DNA of 63,927 nt, filler included, from Chlamydiia bacterium (GTDB taxonomy: Bacteria > Chlamydiota > Chlamydiia > Chlamydiales > FEN-1388), in the NCBI GenBank assembly GCA_903848235.1. It is 9 parts of 9 records of this genome, joined end to end, with 100 filler letters (N's around TTAATTAATTAA, not from the genome) between each part and the next. Parts side by side here need not be neighbours in the genome. Positions count along the whole stretch, not along the records: positions 29,038 to 50,495 come from CAINFV010000053.1; 8 more parts are not named here. One strand, written 5' to 3'. Positions 39,085 to 49,517 of the stretch are shown here, piece by piece. The number at the start of each line of letters is the position of its first letter. The stretch's first letter is position 1. The notes under the pieces were generated by a model. That model was not told the DNA's origin. It made no database searches and saw nothing but the letters and a program-made list of their open reading frames with translations. A program made the position numbers and the translations under genes.

Positions 39085-39750
39085 CTACAACAGCCGCTCT
39101 TCCTCAACAAGAGTATCTCGGCAGGTTGAGAAAAAACGACGAAGCGCCGGTTCTGCCTGTATTCCCTTGCTCTCTGCTTCCGCGATCAGCTGGGCGATAC
39201 GACGGCCCATCTCCTCTTCCTCGGTGGGCCTTTCTTTCTGAAGCAGACCCTCGGCCACATGGCGCAACGACGGGACTTTTTTGACCTTTGTCATCAGCTT
39301 TTGCATCATGGCAAGCGCTGGCAACGATTTTGGAATTCCATCAAATCGACTCGTGCGAGCCGCATGCTCTGCTTCGGTTGCCTTGATCTCATCCCATCGC
39401 TTTTCAACGGCCTTGGTACTGATCAACTTGTCCTCTTCAGAAAAGATATGAGGATGACGACGAATCAGCTTGGCAGCCGCCTTTTGGAAGGGCCTCTCCC
39501 ACGGAAACCGCGCCTCTTTTTCAGACACTTTTGCCAAAAAAAGGGCGCCGATGATCAGATCTCCAAGCTCATCAGCAAGTTTTTCTGGATCTGCATCTTG
39601 CAACGTGTCTATCACCTCGCAGACCTCTTCTAAAACCATGTGAGATAATGAAAGAACCGTCTGCTCTTTATCCCAGGGGCAGCCATCAGGACCTAGCAAG
39701 CGATCAATAACTGCGACAAGCTTTCGAAAATCATCTTCAGTTGTAGTCAT
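39085..39750 (-). CDS. mazG: MazG nucleoside triphosphate pyrophosphohydrolase
   Basis: GCPWDKEQT, EEVCE, DELGDL, KLIRRHPHIF. Confidence 0.92.
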   Translation of the reverse strand: MTTTEDDFRKLVAVIDRLLGPDGCPWDKEQTVLSLSHMVLEEVCEVIDTLQDADPEKLADELGDLIIGALFLAKVSEKEARFPWERPFQKAAAKLIRRHPHIFSEEDKLISTKAVEKRWDEIKATEAEHAARTSRFDGIPKSLPALAMMQKLMTKVKKVPSLRHVAEGLLQKERPTEEEEMGRRIAQLIAEAESKGIQAEPALRRFFSTCRDTLVEEERLL

Positions 39751-39808
39751 AGATGTCTCTTTGGTTTTTCAGGAGAAAAAGTCCTGAATGGTATCAATTT
39801 TATACTGG

Positions 39809-39971
39809 AGAGGCTTTTGCAAAACTGGCGATCGCGATATGCGAAGTGCCGGCGAAGGGCATAGCTTTCATCTCGACGAAACCCATAGTGGTAACTATAG
39901 GTGAGGAGAGATCGAAGCTATGCACGAGCCGCCGCGAGCAGAGCGCGGTCGCCAGTTTTGCAAAAGCCTCT
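39809..39971. repeat. 163-bp palindromic element, family B (complete)
   Basis: Perfect 23-bp TIR AGAGGCTTTTGCAAAACTGGCGA; inner stems; core CCCATAG-TGGTAA-CTATAGG-TGAGGAG. Confidence 0.9.
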
Positions 39972-40084
39972 GGACTTTAGCATTTTTTTAGATTGGCTTA
40001 AAACAGGCATTCCCTACAAAAAAGCAAGAAGTATGAGAGACAACGAATGCGAAATCGGTCTCAAAAAATGCTAATGTCCAGTCT
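39970..40084. repeat. Palindromic element family A, internally rearranged copy
   Basis: CTGGACTTTAGCATTTTTT ... AAAAAATGCTAATGTCCAGTCT; 31 bp identical to 2911-2941. Confidence 0.85.
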
Positions 40085-40180
40085 AAATAGAAGCTACGGT
40101 TTTTTCGCCCTACATTGTGTTATTTATCAGTATAGGGTATTATACTCTCCTATCCGTTTGTGATGTGTGTAGGGGGACAT

Positions 40181-42670
40181 TTGGATTACGAAGAATCTCA
40201 GGACCTAGCTGCTGAGCTCGAAAGCTCTGTTCTAGAAACGTTAGGGCAAGGAAAAAAAGGAAATCGCAATAAAGAATTTCCTCCATATTTATACATCTTC
40301 CCAGTCGTCCGCCGCCCGTTTTTCCCTGGAATGGCAGCGCCTGTGGTCATCGAGCCAGGCCCCTACTACGAAGCCCTGAAGGCGATTTCCAAATCCGACC
40401 ACAAGTTCATCGGCATTGTCCTCACCAAAGAAGAAAATGTCGATATCTACAAAGTAGGCCTTAAAGACCTGTACGCCACAGGCGTCGTCGCCCGTATCTT
40501 AAGAATCATCCCCATGGAACAAGGTGGCGCTCAGGTGATCTTGAGCATGGAAGGGCGCATGCGCATCACAGGACCTGTTTCACGAAAGCCAAAAGAACTC
40601 GTCGCAAAAGTGGTCTACCATACAGATGACGTGAAGCTGACAAAAGAACTCAAAGCCTATGCTATCAGCATCATCTCTACCATCAAGGATCTTCTCAAAC
40701 TCAATCCCCTCTTCAAAGAAGAGCTTCAGATCTTCCTCAGCCACTCTGATTTTACAGAACCTGGAAAACTCGCGGATTTCGCTGTTGCACTCACCACTGC
40801 TAATCGTCATGAGCTGCAAGAAGTATTAGAGACCCTCGTCGTCCAAGACAGAATTGACAAAGCACTTGTCCTCTTGAAAAAAGAGCTCGACCTCAGCCGC
40901 CTTCAAAATACGATCAATCAAAAAATCGAATCCACGATTACAAAGACCCAGAAAGAGTTTTACCTCAGAGAGCAACTCAAGACTATTAAAAGAGAGCTCG
41001 GCATTGAGAAAGATGACAAAACAGTAGACCGTGAGAAATTCGAAGCCCGCCTTAAAGAACGCAAAGTGCCACCTGAGGTCCAGAATACGATCAAGGAAGA
41101 ACTTGACAAGCTGTCTACCCTAGAGCCTCAGTCTCCTGAATACGCCATCTGCCGTAACTACGTAGACTGGCTTACCGTTACTCCGTGGGGGATACAATCT
41201 CCAAAATCCCATGACCTAGTTACAGCGTCAGAGATTCTTGAAAAAGAACACTATGGCCTAGAAGACATCAAGAAATGCGTCCTCGAATTCATCGGTGTCG
41301 CGAAGCTTTCAGGGAACCTTAAAGGGACTATCCTGTGCTTTGTCGGCCCTCCAGGTGTTGGAAAGACCAGTATCGGAAAGAGTATTGCCCATGCGCTGAA
41401 TCGCAAGTTCTTCCGATTTTCAGTCGGCGGCATGCGGGATGAAGCCGAGATAAAAGGTCATCGAAGAACATATATCGGTGCAATGCCAGGGAAAATCGTC
41501 CAGGCATTAAAAAGCTGCCAGACGATGAACCCCGTGATAATGCTCGACGAGGTTGACAAAATCGGCTCTAGCTACCAAGGAGACCCTGCGTCAGCATTGC
41601 TCGAAGTGCTTGACCCAGAACAAAACTGCGAGTTCTTAGACCACTATCTTGACGTCCGCTGCAACCTCTCCGACGTCCTTTTCATCGTCACTGCGAACGT
41701 CCTCGACACTATCCCAGAACCCCTCCTCGACAGGATGGATATCTTACGCCTCTCTGGCTATGTACTTGAAGAAAAACTCGAGATCGCCAAGCGATACCTC
41801 ATCCCAAAACAGCGGAAGGCGGCAGGACTGAAGGCAGCAGAAGTGATGTTCACCGACCCTGCAGTGCGAGAGCTGATCAACTCCTACGCCCGAGATGCCG
41901 GTGTTCGCTCTCTTGAGAGCAATATCAAAAAGATTCTACGCAAAATCGCTGTTGAATTTGTTCGCGATGACGAAAAGCACGAGAAAACGTCTTCCAAGAA
42001 AAAAGTCGCTCTACGAAGAACGCGACAGATTGTTACCCCGCAGTCACTTCAAAAATTTCTGGGTAAGCCTGTCTTCATCAGCGATCGCTATTACGAACAC
42101 CCACCAGTCGGCGTTGCTGTTGGCCTTGCATGGACATCGCTTGGCGGTGCCACACTCTATGTGGAATCGATCAAGGTCAGCGCTGAGAAAACAGATATGA
42201 AGCTCACCGGCCAGGCAGGGCAGGTGATGAAAGAGTCGTCAGAGATTGCCTGGACCTTCGTACACGGCTCTATCCATAAGTACGCTCCCGGCCATACGTT
42301 TTTCGAAAAATCCCAAGTTCATATCCACATTCCCGAAGGAGCCACGCCAAAAGACGGGCCGTCGGCAGGCATTACCATGGCGACATCTCTTGTCTCGTTG
42401 CTAACCAACGTCCCTGTAATGGCAGACCTTGGCATGACAGGAGAGCTCACACTCACCGGCAGGGTCCTCCCTATCGGAGGAGTGAAAGAAAAGCTCGTCG
42501 CAGCAAAGCGGTCGGGCCTGAAGACAATCATTTTGCCGAAAGGGAATTTACGTGACATCGACGACCTGCCAAAACCGGTTCGTGAAGGAATAGATCTCCA
42601 TTTCGTAGAACACTATGACGAGGTCTTTGCCATTGCCTTCCCAAGCCTTACTTTAGGCAGTGCGCTATAA
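40181..42670 (+). CDS. lon: ATP-dependent protease La
   Basis: LON N-domain, GPPGVGKTS, DEAEIKGHRRTY, PKDGPSAG (catalytic Ser); probable TTG start with GGGGGA RBS. Confidence 0.97.
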   Translation: MDYEESQDLAAELESSVLETLGQGKKGNRNKEFPPYLYIFPVVRRPFFPGMAAPVVIEPGPYYEALKAISKSDHKFIGIVLTKEENVDIYKVGLKDLYATGVVARILRIIPMEQGGAQVILSMEGRMRITGPVSRKPKELVAKVVYHTDDVKLTKELKAYAISIISTIKDLLKLNPLFKEELQIFLSHSDFTEPGKLADFAVALTTANRHELQEVLETLVVQDRIDKALVLLKKELDLSRLQNTINQKIESTITKTQKEFYLREQLKTIKRELGIEKDDKTVDREKFEARLKERKVPPEVQNTIKEELDKLSTLEPQSPEYAICRNYVDWLTVTPWGIQSPKSHDLVTASEILEKEHYGLEDIKKCVLEFIGVAKLSGNLKGTILCFVGPPGVGKTSIGKSIAHALNRKFFRFSVGGMRDEAEIKGHRRTYIGAMPGKIVQALKSCQTMNPVIMLDEVDKIGSSYQGDPASALLEVLDPEQNCEFLDHYLDVRCNLSDVLFIVTANVLDTIPEPLLDRMDILRLSGYVLEEKLEIAKRYLIPKQRKAAGLKAAEVMFTDPAVRELINSYARDAGVRSLESNIKKILRKIAVEFVRDDEKHEKTSSKKKVALRRTRQIVTPQSLQKFLGKPVFISDRYYEHPPVGVAVGLAWTSLGGATLYVESIKVSAEKTDMKLTGQAGQVMKESSEIAWTFVHGSIHKYAPGHTFFEKSQVHIHIPEGATPKDGPSAGITMATSLVSLLTNVPVMADLGMTGELTLTGRVLPIGGVKEKLVAAKRSGLKTIILPKGNLRDIDDLPKPVREGIDLHFVEHYDEVFAIAFPSLTLGSAL

Positions 42671-42686
42671 ACAGAAGAATAATGAT

Positions 42687-43190
42687 ATGCGCTATCCGCA
42701 ACAGTCCTGGAAAGCTTTTTCAACAACGAAGATTTTTCCGTCACAGTCCCTGATGACGATTCTCAACAATCAGCGCTCTCTTGGAAAAACGGTTGCCACC
42801 CTCAATGGGTCGTTTGACCTGCTCCATGCAGGACATTTGCATATCCTGTACGAGGCTTCAAAGACCGCTGACATCCTCGTCGTCGCTTTGAATACGGACG
42901 CCTCTATACAACGGTATAAAAGCACATCACGTCCTATCATCCCCCTCCAAGAGAGACTGGAAATGGTAGCGGCCCTTGGGATTGTTGATTATGTAACGTG
43001 GTTTGAAGAAGATGATCCCCGCAATCTGTTACATCTCCTACGCCCTGATGTCCATGTAAATGGCGCGGAGTATGGACACAATTGTATTGAAGCTGACATA
43101 GTGCGGGAGTGTGGAGGAAGGCTTCATCTTGTTGATCGCATCCCTGGACTTGCAACATCTCAGATCCTTTCCACTATTAGGAATCTATGA
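42687..43190 (+). CDS. RfaE domain II-like adenylyl/cytidylyltransferase
   Basis: NGSFDLLHAGH (HxGH), VALNTDASI. Confidence 0.85.
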   Translation: MRYPQQSWKAFSTTKIFPSQSLMTILNNQRSLGKTVATLNGSFDLLHAGHLHILYEASKTADILVVALNTDASIQRYKSTSRPIIPLQERLEMVAALGIVDYVTWFEEDDPRNLLHLLRPDVHVNGAEYGHNCIEADIVRECGGRLHLVDRIPGLATSQILSTIRNL

Positions 43191-44359
43191 GAAGAATTTG
43201 GACTTCAACCGACAGAACCCTCATCGATCGCTGCTGCAGAGAACTCGACAGTCACGAGATCTCACATCTAGTAGATAGCGAAAAAGATCTCGACTGGGGG
43301 AGTGACACCTACGGTACGGTTTTTTTTTCTATCTGGGCGCACGCCGATGCTGACGTAGAGCGCGCTAAAGGGCTTCTCACACAGGTATCAGGCACTGATG
43401 GAGAAATGCCTCTTGTCATGCCAAATGCCTCGACAAACAGCCCTCTGAAACAATTCCTTCGTCAGAAGCTGCATCTTTCATTGAATCGCAAGGCAATTCT
43501 CCATCTCCCATCGCGCTATGTCACCATTGCGATCTGCCTTCTCTGCTGCGCCCTTCTTTGGTTAGAGCACGATGAGAAAAGACAAACTCCCGAGCTTTCC
43601 AATTCTACAGCAGTCGCAACCACTTCGATTCAGGAAATGCTGCTCTTCGACTATCCTAAGGCAGTTTTTCTTGAAAACAAACTCATCGATTCTTACGGCC
43701 CTGAAAGCCTTGATTTGACATCGAAACTCAATGCCGAGGGAACAGCACTGCGCGATCTCTTCCTCCAAACCCCATATTGGGGCGGATTCTATACAGAGTC
43801 TGTCGCCCGTCTTTCGAAGAAGGATTTCATTCCTACGCCATCCCTCTCTTTATCCCTTTTTGGAGAGCGTCTTCGCGATGGTCAGCTATGGCGCATTTTT
43901 ACCCCCTCTATGCTCCATGCCAATATTATTCACCTTGTGTTGAACATGACCTGGCTCCTTGCCATAGGAAGCCAAATAGAGCAAAAGACCTCTCCTTTTC
44001 GCTATCTTCTTCTCATCGCCATCCTTGCCGCTGTGTCAAACACAGCTCAGTATCTGATGGCTGGAGCGAATTTTATGGGATTTTCTGGTGTCATCTGTGG
44101 GATGGTAGGTTTTATCGCTGCTCGACAACAGGTATCCCCATGGGAAGGATATCATTTCACTCGGCTCATGTACGCGTCTGTTGTTTTTTTTATTTGGGTT
44201 CTCGTGGCAATAGCAGGAGTGGCTTTTTTCTTAGAAAGCTATCTTCATATTGCCCCTCCGATCTCATTTGGCAATACGGCACATCTTTCTGGTCTCGCCG
44301 CCGGCTTGGTACTTGGAAGAACGCGATGGTTTCGGATGACTCGGCATGCATCAAATTGA
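43187..44359 (+). CDS. Rhomboid family intramembrane serine protease (GlpG-like)
   Basis: WRIFTP..LH...HLVLN, GFSG, AHLSGL. Confidence 0.9.
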   Translation: MRRIWTSTDRTLIDRCCRELDSHEISHLVDSEKDLDWGSDTYGTVFFSIWAHADADVERAKGLLTQVSGTDGEMPLVMPNASTNSPLKQFLRQKLHLSLNRKAILHLPSRYVTIAICLLCCALLWLEHDEKRQTPELSNSTAVATTSIQEMLLFDYPKAVFLENKLIDSYGPESLDLTSKLNAEGTALRDLFLQTPYWGGFYTESVARLSKKDFIPTPSLSLSLFGERLRDGQLWRIFTPSMLHANIIHLVLNMTWLLAIGSQIEQKTSPFRYLLLIAILAAVSNTAQYLMAGANFMGFSGVICGMVGFIAARQQVSPWEGYHFTRLMYASVVFFIWVLVAIAGVAFFLESYLHIAPPISFGNTAHLSGLAAGLVLGRTRWFRMTRHASN

Positions 44360-44512
44360 TACATACCCAAAACAAAACAATGTGGTATAGAAAAAAAGCG
44401 TTATCTATGATTCAAGATTTGGCATTTGCTGCAAACGCCAAATCTTGAGTCACAAAAAGGTAGATTCATTATGAGTAACAATCGGACACGTTCGAGAAAA
44501 GGAGGTTCGCCT

Positions 44513-45154
44513 ATGTTGGATGATTTTCGTCAGGAGAAGCAAGAACAGCCCTTAGACCCGCTTTCAGAAGGGCCTTCACTTCCGTGGGGCAAAAAAATTG
44601 GGCTGCTATGCCTTGCCATTGCATTGATTGGCCTTTTCATCTTTTTCACCAGTGACACGTGGAGCTCTGACTCCAAAGGTTCAAAAGGAAAAGATGAACT
44701 CGCCCAAGAAGTCGAACAGCTTAAGATTCGACTAGCAGACTTAGAACAACGCATCCCAAATCACACTTTTTCTGCCTCGGCAATGACAACAGGTGCCGAC
44801 ATGGATCAAGACTCACAAGCGACAACAAGCGCTCCTGCCATGGCAAACCTAAAATCTCTCATCGAGCAAGAGCTTCAAGAGACCTCTGCCTCTTCTATCG
44901 ACTCTCCAGGTGAGAGCGTTGTAAAGGAGCAAACGCCTTCAGCACCTCAGGCACAAGCTAAAAAACAAGCTCCTAAAGCAGATGGAAAACAGTCATATAC
45001 TGTGAAAAAGGGCGATACCCTTTCGAAGATCGCTCAGCAGTTCTACGGATCGCCGAAAAAATGGCGACGGATTGTCGATGCTAATAAAGATAAGCTTGGC
45101 CAAAGCCAAATGTTGAAAGCTGGAATGACCCTTGTAATTCCAAAAGATAGTTAA
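44513..45154 (+). CDS. LysM-domain membrane-anchored protein
   Basis: One TM segment, coiled coil, YTVKKGDTLSKIAQQFYG; AGGAGG before ATG 44513 (alternative start 44471). Confidence 0.88.
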   Translation: MLDDFRQEKQEQPLDPLSEGPSLPWGKKIGLLCLAIALIGLFIFFTSDTWSSDSKGSKGKDELAQEVEQLKIRLADLEQRIPNHTFSASAMTTGADMDQDSQATTSAPAMANLKSLIEQELQETSASSIDSPGESVVKEQTPSAPQAQAKKQAPKADGKQSYTVKKGDTLSKIAQQFYGSPKKWRRIVDANKDKLGQSQMLKAGMTLVIPKDS

Positions 45155-45162
45155 GAGATGAC

Positions 45163-45199
45163 GAAGGAGAAGGGGGATGAAAAAATCCCCTTTCTCTTC
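45163..45199. terminator. Hairpin between the convergent LysM gene and tRNA-Leu
   Basis: GAAGGAGAAGGGGGAT ... ATCCCCTTTCTCTTC imperfect stem. Confidence 0.55.
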
Positions 45200-45207
45200 C
45201 ATCACGA

Positions 45208-45289
45208 TGCCCGGGAAAGGACTCGAACCTTCACACCTTACGGCACCAGATCCTAAGTCTGGCGTGTCTGCCAATTCCACCACCCGGGC
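45208..45289 (-). tRNA. tRNA-Leu(TAG)
   Basis: GCCCGGG acceptor, CCAGA-CTTAGGA-TCTGG anticodon arm, long variable arm, GGTTCGAGTCC. Confidence 0.96.
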
Positions 45290-45363
45290 GTTGTACCTAT
45301 ATACGGTACAAAATTGACTGATATTTAGAAAGGTTTGAAACTCAAATTGCTTGGGTTTGCACA

Positions 45364-45933
45364 GTGCCCAAAAAGGAGAGCCTTTTGCAAGACGCTGCCC
45401 TCGCCATCGTAGTAACGCCTCAAGATACGGTGCTCCTCGTCCGCCGACGAGATGTTCCCGTCTGGGTTCTTCCAGGTGGAGGTATTGAAAATACTGAATC
45501 TCCAGAACTCACTGCGATTCGTGAGACATTTGAAGAAAGTGGCATTGCCATTGAAGTGATCGACCATGTGGCAACCTACTTTCCGAAAAATAAGCTCAGC
45601 TCAACGACGCATCTCTTCTTATGTCAGCCAACAGGTTCTGTAGAGATGAACATTCAAGATCAAGAGATCTCAGCGGCACAATTTTTCTCACCCTCTGACC
45701 TGCCTCCGACGCTGTTTTTCTTGCATAAGACATTCATCCATGAATGGAAGGCAGCGACGATGATACCTATTATGAGAGTATTGACGGAGGTGACATATCC
45801 GGCTCTTTTTCGTCTTCTTCTGATTCATCCTTGGTGGACGATACGATATCTGTGGACTCGCCATCGAAATACGAAAAGCCACCTCCTTTCGCATGCCGAA
45901 GATGGGGCTAAAAATTGTACAAAGTCGAGATGA
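45364..45933 (+). CDS. NUDIX hydrolase
   Basis: Nudix box GGGIENTESPELTAIRETFEESGI. Confidence 0.9.
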   Translation: MPKKESLLQDAALAIVVTPQDTVLLVRRRDVPVWVLPGGGIENTESPELTAIRETFEESGIAIEVIDHVATYFPKNKLSSTTHLFLCQPTGSVEMNIQDQEISAAQFFSPSDLPPTLFFLHKTFIHEWKAATMIPIMRVLTEVTYPALFRLLLIHPWWTIRYLWTRHRNTKSHLLSHAEDGAKNCTKSR

Positions 45934-46032
45934 TGACAAAAAACCACATGCATTTTTGCGTTTGATGTAAAATGTGCACGCAGAAAATGATGTACCCCCT
46001 CCAACTTGATCCGCAAGAAAAAGGAATGTCTC

Positions 46033-46596
46033 ATGGTGTGCTCAGATGCTTGGATTCGAAAGAAGTGCGAAGAAAAACAGATGATCGATCCCTTCGTAGA
46101 TCATCTTGTGCGATACGACGGAGAAGGCAACAAAGTCGTCAGCTATGGCCTTTCAAGCTTTGGCTATGACTTACGCGTTGCCGATGAGTTTAAAGTGTTT
46201 ACAGACGTCTATAACTGCCTTGTTGACCCGAAGCAGTTTAAAGATGATGCCTTTGTCTTCATGCAGGCCAAAGAGTGCATCATCCCCCCAAATTCTTTTG
46301 CGCTAGCCCGCAGTGTAGAGTATTTTCGTATCCCACGCGATGTCCTTGCTTTTTGTATTGGCAAGTCAACGTATGCTCGTTGCGGCATCATCGTCAACGT
46401 CACCCCATTTGAGCCAGAGTGGGAAGGGTTTGTAACTCTTGAGATTTCCAATACTACCCCCCTTCCTGCAAAGATCTATGCCAACGAAGGGCTTGCCCAG
46501 GTGGTGTTCTTTCAGGGAGACCCCTGCACCACGTCGTATGCCGATCGCGGCGGAAAATATATGTTCCAGAAGGGAATCGTTGGCCCCTCTGTATAA
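46033..46596 (+). CDS. dcd: dCTP deaminase
   Basis: [36 protein letters not shown]. Confidence 0.96.
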   Translation: MVCSDAWIRKKCEEKQMIDPFVDHLVRYDGEGNKVVSYGLSSFGYDLRVADEFKVFTDVYNCLVDPKQFKDDAFVFMQAKECIIPPNSFALARSVEYFRIPRDVLAFCIGKSTYARCGIIVNVTPFEPEWEGFVTLEISNTTPLPAKIYANEGLAQVVFFQGDPCTTSYADRGGKYMFQKGIVGPSV

Positions 46597-46608
46597 AAAT
46601 CGAGGTAT

Positions 46609-46941
46609 ATGGACCATAGAGCGTTAGACCTTGTCTTTGACGTACCGCCCTCTCTTCCAAGATCGATTTTTTCTGTCATGGCGTTTACCGTTGTGGCTCT
46701 TGGTATCTATGCATATGCCTCGTATGAATTACACGGAGAAGCTCATCCCCTTGCCGCCAAATGCCAGGATCTTGAAGACAAGCTGTATGCGACGAGGGGC
46801 ATGACAAAAGAGCTCTCAGAAATGGTGGCCAGTTTCTCTGACCCGGCTGCCGATGAATATGCCCTTATCACTGAGCTAGGGAGGATTCCAGAGGGAAGCC
46901 GGCAGATAGTGTTAAAACACAGTGGAGCTCCTACATCATGA
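46609..46941 (+). CDS. FtsB/DivIC-like bitopic protein
   Basis: One TM segment, coiled coil, SDP...E..L..ELG...EG pattern. Confidence 0.55.
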   Translation: MDHRALDLVFDVPPSLPRSIFSVMAFTVVALGIYAYASYELHGEAHPLAAKCQDLEDKLYATRGMTKELSEMVASFSDPAADEYALITELGRIPEGSRQIVLKHSGAPTS

Positions 46942-48230
46942 GCGAACTGTGGGTGTTAATAGCGATTCTCATTATTCTAACAGGGATTGCTGCCTTCTCA
47001 GCCGCATCAGAAACAGCGTTTTTCTCTCTTCCCATAGGCCGCGTCCGCCAGTGGCGCAGCAGCGACGACCGTCGGCGACGGCTTGTCTCTGTGCTACTAG
47101 CACATTCGCGATATCTCCTTGTCCTCATTTTCATGATTAATACTGTGCTTGATGTCCTTATTCAAAACGTATCCTCGAATATGGCTGACCTCCATGGCGG
47201 TGGCTACGCTGAGAAAATCGGTATTCCTCTCGTACTGATCCTTGTTTTCGGAGAGTTTCTCCCCAAATACTTTGGCATGCTAGCCTCAGAGCCCTTAGCG
47301 GTACGTGCCGCTCCCGTCTTCTCCTTTCTAGGCCGTCTCACGATGCCCCTTCAGCGTGTCATCACAGCGTCTGCAGAAACACTCTCGCGAATTATTTTCT
47401 TCTTTACAAAGGCAGAGCCTCCGCTGACTGCAAAAGAGCTGGAAGGCGTCATTAAGACCTGCGAGTCCAAGGGAGTGCTCTCTTCTGAAGAAGCCTCTCT
47501 TATTCGCTATTCCCTCGAATTTGAAAGTAAAGAAGCCAGGGAACTGATGATCCCGCGCTCTGAAATGCCAGCGATAAAAAGAGCGTATCTTACGAAAGAA
47601 GCCATTGTCAGCGCCCTTCGATCCACATCGAGGAGCTCCATTCTCATTATTGATGAGACTATGGATCATCCTATAGGAGCTCTGTGTCCTTTCGAAGCAC
47701 TCCTCTTTCAGACGGGGGATATCGCCGCTACCCTTGCCTCTGCTGCTCGGGAGCTCTTTTTCGTTCCTGAGGCCATGTCAGCACGCAAATTAGTACAGGA
47801 GTTTTCAGAACGCCGCGCCGCTATGGCCTGTGTGATTGATGAGCATGGAACCGTTTCGGGTTTTATCGAATCTGCTGATATTGCAAAGACACTGTTAGGG
47901 TTTCCACAGAAAAAAACAGGACTAATTCCCATCGATTCCCGATGCAAAAACCAATCCATCATCGTCCCTGGAACGACGCCTCTGGATACGATCAACACAC
48001 TTTTTGAAACATCTCTTACCAGCAACTACCATTCTGCAACTATTGGCGGCTGGCTGGTAGAAATGTTAGATGGAATCCCACCGGTAGGAACAACCTTTAC
48101 CGCCAATGCCCTCGTCTTCAGGGTCTTGGCAGCCGATGACAAGATGATAAGGCAGCTGTTCATCCAAAAGAAAAACGGCGCCTCCCCTTCCGAGCCTCTC
48201 CTCTCCGATAAGGGTGGAGGTGAATTATGA
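46938..48230 (+). CDS. CNNM/CorC (DUF21-CBS-CorC) hemolysin-like transporter
   Basis: FSAASETAFFSL, LVFGEFLPK, VIDEHG, TIGGWL. Confidence 0.9.
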   Translation: MSELWVLIAILIILTGIAAFSAASETAFFSLPIGRVRQWRSSDDRRRRLVSVLLAHSRYLLVLIFMINTVLDVLIQNVSSNMADLHGGGYAEKIGIPLVLILVFGEFLPKYFGMLASEPLAVRAAPVFSFLGRLTMPLQRVITASAETLSRIIFFFTKAEPPLTAKELEGVIKTCESKGVLSSEEASLIRYSLEFESKEARELMIPRSEMPAIKRAYLTKEAIVSALRSTSRSSILIIDETMDHPIGALCPFEALLFQTGDIAATLASAARELFFVPEAMSARKLVQEFSERRAAMACVIDEHGTVSGFIESADIAKTLLGFPQKKTGLIPIDSRCKNQSIIVPGTTPLDTINTLFETSLTSNYHSATIGGWLVEMLDGIPPVGTTFTANALVFRVLAADDKMIRQLFIQKKNGASPSEPLLSDKGGGEL

Positions 48231-49444
48231 GCGCTAGCATTTTGTTCTGGCTCTTGTCGACTGTCTTTTGGACACTTGTCATGTCGTTTTATTCAATGCA
48301 AGAGATGGCGTGCATCTCCTTTAATAGACTTCGTTTGGAATTTGCAGTTCGAGAAGGGCATCTGCGCGAGAAATGGATTAAGTCCATGCTGGATAACCCA
48401 ACAGCGCTTTTTGGGACAACACTGATCGGCGTCAACGTTGCTCTCGTCTTCTCCTCAGAGTCCATGCGGCGTCTCTTCTGCGCTCTTGACCTCAACCCCA
48501 ACCTCTCCCCTCTTGTCCAAGTGCCCTACGTTCTTCTCATTGGGGAGTTAATCCCGATGTTTGCAGCGCGGCTCTTCCCAGAGCAGATGGCGCGCCTTGG
48601 CATTCCTCTTCTCTGGCTGAGCAGCAAGATCCTCTCTCCAATCGTGTTGATTTTTGACTGTGTCTTCAGTTTTCTACGAAAAATCTTCTTCCCACAAAGC
48701 CTTTTAGTCTCCCCTCCCCACCTACAGCGGGACGAGCTCAAAGACCTCATTACCGTCCAAAGCCGTGGGTACGTAGAAGAAGGGGCTGCTCCTCTTGAGT
48801 CTGTTGTCAGTTGGATGTTCACCCTTCGCGAAAAACCTATTTCCATGATGATGGTCTCGCTAGCACAGATCCCGTCCCTCAGCTCCTCGGCCCTATGCGG
48901 CCCCTCCTGTGATGTCGTTCGGAAAAAGGGGGCTGACTTCGCTGTCATCAAAAATCGCCAGGGGAAGATTATCGGATACATTCGAGCTTTTGACCTGGTC
49001 GCTGCCCCTGACAGCGCCTCTGTGGGCTCTGTCAGCAGAACAGCATCCTTTGTCAGCGAGTCTACCACAACCATCGATGTACTCTTCCGCCTGAAAAAAG
49101 AACGAGCGACCTTGGCTTTTGTCGTTGGCTCTGGAGGAGATATCACAGGGTGTGTCTGTCTTGATGATATTCTCGAAGAGCTGACTCGAGGGACGCGCAG
49201 AGAAAAGGCCCTCCTTCATGTCGAGAGAAGGATTCCCGCAGACCTTCCTGTCCATGAATTTATTCGCCGCTACCATCTCGTTCTCCCCGCAACGCGGGCA
49301 AAAACCTTCGGCGCCCTTGTCGAAGAAGTGTTGGGACACAAGCCATCTGCCAATGAGTCCGTCCGTTTCGGCCCTCTTGAGCTGACCGTCAAGGAGGTTG
49401 GCATTCTTGGAGCAAAAACGATTCTTGTGAAAACTGTTGAATGA
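48227..49444 (+). CDS. CNNM/CorC (DUF21-CBS) paralog
   Basis: FYSMQEMACIS, TTLIGVN, LIGELIP, LDDILEEL. Confidence 0.88.
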   Translation: MSASILFWLLSTVFWTLVMSFYSMQEMACISFNRLRLEFAVREGHLREKWIKSMLDNPTALFGTTLIGVNVALVFSSESMRRLFCALDLNPNLSPLVQVPYVLLIGELIPMFAARLFPEQMARLGIPLLWLSSKILSPIVLIFDCVFSFLRKIFFPQSLLVSPPHLQRDELKDLITVQSRGYVEEGAAPLESVVSWMFTLREKPISMMMVSLAQIPSLSSSALCGPSCDVVRKKGADFAVIKNRQGKIIGYIRAFDLVAAPDSASVGSVSRTASFVSESTTTIDVLFRLKKERATLAFVVGSGGDITGCVCLDDILEELTRGTRREKALLHVERRIPADLPVHEFIRRYHLVLPATRAKTFGALVEEVLGHKPSANESVRFGPLELTVKEVGILGAKTILVKTVE

Positions 49445-49517
49445 GCCTCATTTTTCAAGCAAAGATTTGATCTATTTCCATTCATCATGATATCCGTAAG
49501 AAAAAAGCGGGGTCATC

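Noticed and set aside
39085..39750. MazG as part of a toxin-antitoxin or anti-phage system
   Set aside because: Housekeeping-type MazG with no mazEF or defence genes nearby.
39753..39980. 75-aa ORF between mazG and lon
   Set aside because: It is read-through of the family B palindrome and is treated as a property of the repeat, not a gene.
43777..44448. 223-aa alternative-frame ORF inside the rhomboid gene (also long antisense ORFs 9429..9995, 22978..23568, 48526..49146)
   Set aside because: They overlap better-supported genes and show no recognisable motifs.
29910..45289. tRNA genes lacking an encoded CCA
   Set aside because: Common in bacteria that add CCA enzymatically.
46938..49444. 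Tandem CNNM/CBS paralogs as a novelty
   Set aside because: A tandem pair is a known ordinary arrangement in Chlamydiae.
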